From NCBI GenBank assembly GCA_020137815.1, contig CM035358.1, positions 372,001 through 436,000 on the forward strand: a stretch of DNA of 64,000 nucleotides. The letters are read 5' to 3'. The stretch comes from Hormiphora californensis. Lineage: Eukaryota; Animalia; Ctenophora. This document shows, in pieces, positions 61,891-64,000 of this stretch (position 1 is its first letter; every line of letters begins with the position of its first letter). A model generated the notes under the pieces. It made no database searches. It was given only the letters and a program-made list of their open reading frames with translations, and had not been told where the DNA came from. A program made the position numbers and the translations under genes.

Positions 61891-62680
61891 CGCAGTTATA
61901 GATCTTTTCCATTGGTGAAGAAATTATGCTTTTTACAGAGACCTATATCATGTACTACACTCACGCTGTACCGCATAATATTCTCTTCTCAACCGGAGCC
62001 GATCTTTTCTAAGAATCAGACTCTTGCAAATTACACTAGAATTTGATAACTTTTTTCTGACCTAAGATATTGAGACCTAATATGATTGGATGGAAACACT
62101 GTTGAATCCTAAACATCTTATACAGTCGGACCCCAATTTCCCAGCGCAAAACCCTTTCCCCCGAGCATCCTGGTAAATGGAGGTCTGACTGTACTATAAC
62201 AGCGGTTGATTGCTTACCGTTGCATTGAGACCAGCACGCGTCTTTGTAACATCCATAGGTGCAGGCTGTCGCTCCGTCACACGGGAACTCAGATGGGGCC
62301 CAGGCACACTCCCAGAGAGATTCTAGGAAGAAAGAGTGGGGTAAGTGGGCTCCCAGAGAGAGATTCTAGGAAGAAAGAGTGGGGTTAGTGGGCTCCCAGA
62401 GTGAGATTCTAGGAAGAAAGAGTGGGGTTAGTGGGCTCCCAGAGTGAGATTCTAGGAAGAAAGAGTGGGGTTAGTGGGCTCCCAGAGTGAGATTCTAGGA
62501 AGAAAGAGTGGGGTTAGTGGGCTCCCAGAGTGAGATTCTAGGAAGAAAGAGTGGGGTTAGTGGGCTCCCAGAGTGAGATTCTAGCGAAAGTAGTTACAAT
62601 GCAGGAGGCTTCCAGGTAGGAGTCTGATCCCAGGGAGATTCAAAGGAAGGGGTCAGAACAAAAGGTGGTGAGATGGACAT

Positions 62681-62815
62681 GGGGGGGTTCCCATGGTATA
62701 CTTTGGTATACTTTGGCACTTTCCACAACTTTTTCAGCGATTTTCCATATACCAAAGTATACCAAAGTATACCAAAATATACCAAGGTATACCAAAGTAT
62801 ACCATAAAATTTTGA
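62681..62815. mobile_element. Left end of a poly-G-terminated element with 10-bp arrays (related architecture to 55457-56586)
   Basis: GGGGGGGTTCCCAT-(GGTATACTTT)2...(TATACCAAAG)n. It interrupts the sequence that reads GGACAT|ACAC in copies 1 and 2. The right end is not in the window. Confidence 0.6.
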
Positions 62816-63301
62816 AATAGGTAAAATTTAAGCGATAAGATAAAATAATTGACTAAATTTGTAAAACTACATCCTTATTTCGTTCTAAATTGGTAATATA
62901 AAGCTTATTAAACTGATTTTTACGTATGTTACATCACCCGGCTAGTGCTCAAGGCTGGCCACTCAGTGGCCAGGGGTTCAATTCCCGGTTGAGGCAATTT
63001 TTGAAAATATTTTAGAGACTTTACCAAATACTTTTTCTTGACTTTTAAAAACGTTTTTTATCGCACTCAAATGAGTCCCAATGTGTCAAACCCCAGTTTT
63101 GTGACTCATCATTTCACAGGCAAAATAAGTTTCCTCGATTCTATGAAATTAGCCAATTTAGCCTAGTTAACCTCAAGTTTATGAGTTAAGAAAGTTTATA
63201 CAAACTGTTTTAAAGCCTTAATTATTGTAAATTAACACTTTAAAGTACGTAAAGCTATTAAAAAGATATGGGTAATATACCAATTCTTGGTGTTCGAAGA
63301 A

Positions 63302-64000
63302 AATAGCGCTAATTAGCGGTTTTAATAGCGCTAATTAGCGCTAATTAGCGCTAATTAGCGATAGCGCTATTTATCGATAGCGCTAATAGCGCTAATAATA
63401 GCGCTATTTCACAAAATAGCGCTATTTTTGACCGCTAATTAGCGCTAATTAGCGATCAAAAATAGCGGTAATTAGCGGTAGCGCTATTTTAGCGCTTTTT
63501 GTAACCGCTAATCGGGCAATTTATCTAAAAAAATAGCGCTATTAACACTTACAAAAATAGCGCTAATTAGCGCTAATTAGCGCTATTAACATTCTTAATT
63601 CATTTTGTTCGAACCGCTAATTAGCGCTATTTCCAATTTCATCAAAATATAGAAAACGCTATGATTGGATAATGTATGTCACGTGACAAAAATCCTGTCA
63701 TGTGATGAAAAATAGCGCTAATTAGCGCTATTTTTATAATCGCTAATTAGCGCTATTATCAACTTAAACGTTTATTATTTTGTTAATAGCGCTAGTTAGC
63801 GCTAATTAGCGCTATTAATATTTGCAAATAGCGCTAATTAGCGCTAATTAGCGCTAATAAGCGCTAACTAGCGCTATTTGCATATTATTAATAGCGCTAA
63901 TTAGCGCTAATTAGCGCTATTATCAACTTGAACGTTTACTATTTTGTTAATAGCGCTAATTAGCGCTAATTAGCGCTATTAATGTTATGCAAATAGCGCT
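63302..64000. repeat. Self-complementary 10-bp satellite (ATTAGCGCTA)n
   Basis: Dozens of TAGCGCTA/TAATTA palindromic units running to the window end. Confidence 0.9.

Overview
Animal nuclear DNA with compact introns, many (GA)n microsatellites and a nested intronless GPCR. The GPCR motifs and gene architecture suggest a ctenophore, but this is inference only. Genes: the 3' end of an EF-hand gene (+), CTDNEP1/Dullard (-, 8 coding exons), a CNBD2-like tandem cNMP-binding gene (+), an ABCA full transporter of about 42 exons (-) with a rhodopsin-family GPCR nested in one intron, a 5'-truncated CR1/L2-group RT, and a LINE ORF1 split by a DNA transposon. Non-autonomous elements are very dense: two 1.3-kb TTAA foldbacks (Kolobok-like), Harbinger-, Tc1/pogo- and CACTA-like MITEs, Helentron-like arrays, spacerless palindromes and 26/40-bp micro-elements with 8-bp TSDs. 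The right third is a roughly 7-kb unit present three times with noisy indels, and may be partly an assembly artefact. One copy carries a 4.7-kb insertion with a 15-bp TSD and ORF1 but no RT. The most unusual observation is a recurring cassette: a covarying structured head plus two outward-pointing LINE tails, each followed by a CCCT..AGGG hairpin. It appears in a long form (6.8-9.7 kb) and a short form (58.6-59.2 kb). All coordinates were read by eye, and several junctions have apparent 1-nt homopolymer errors.
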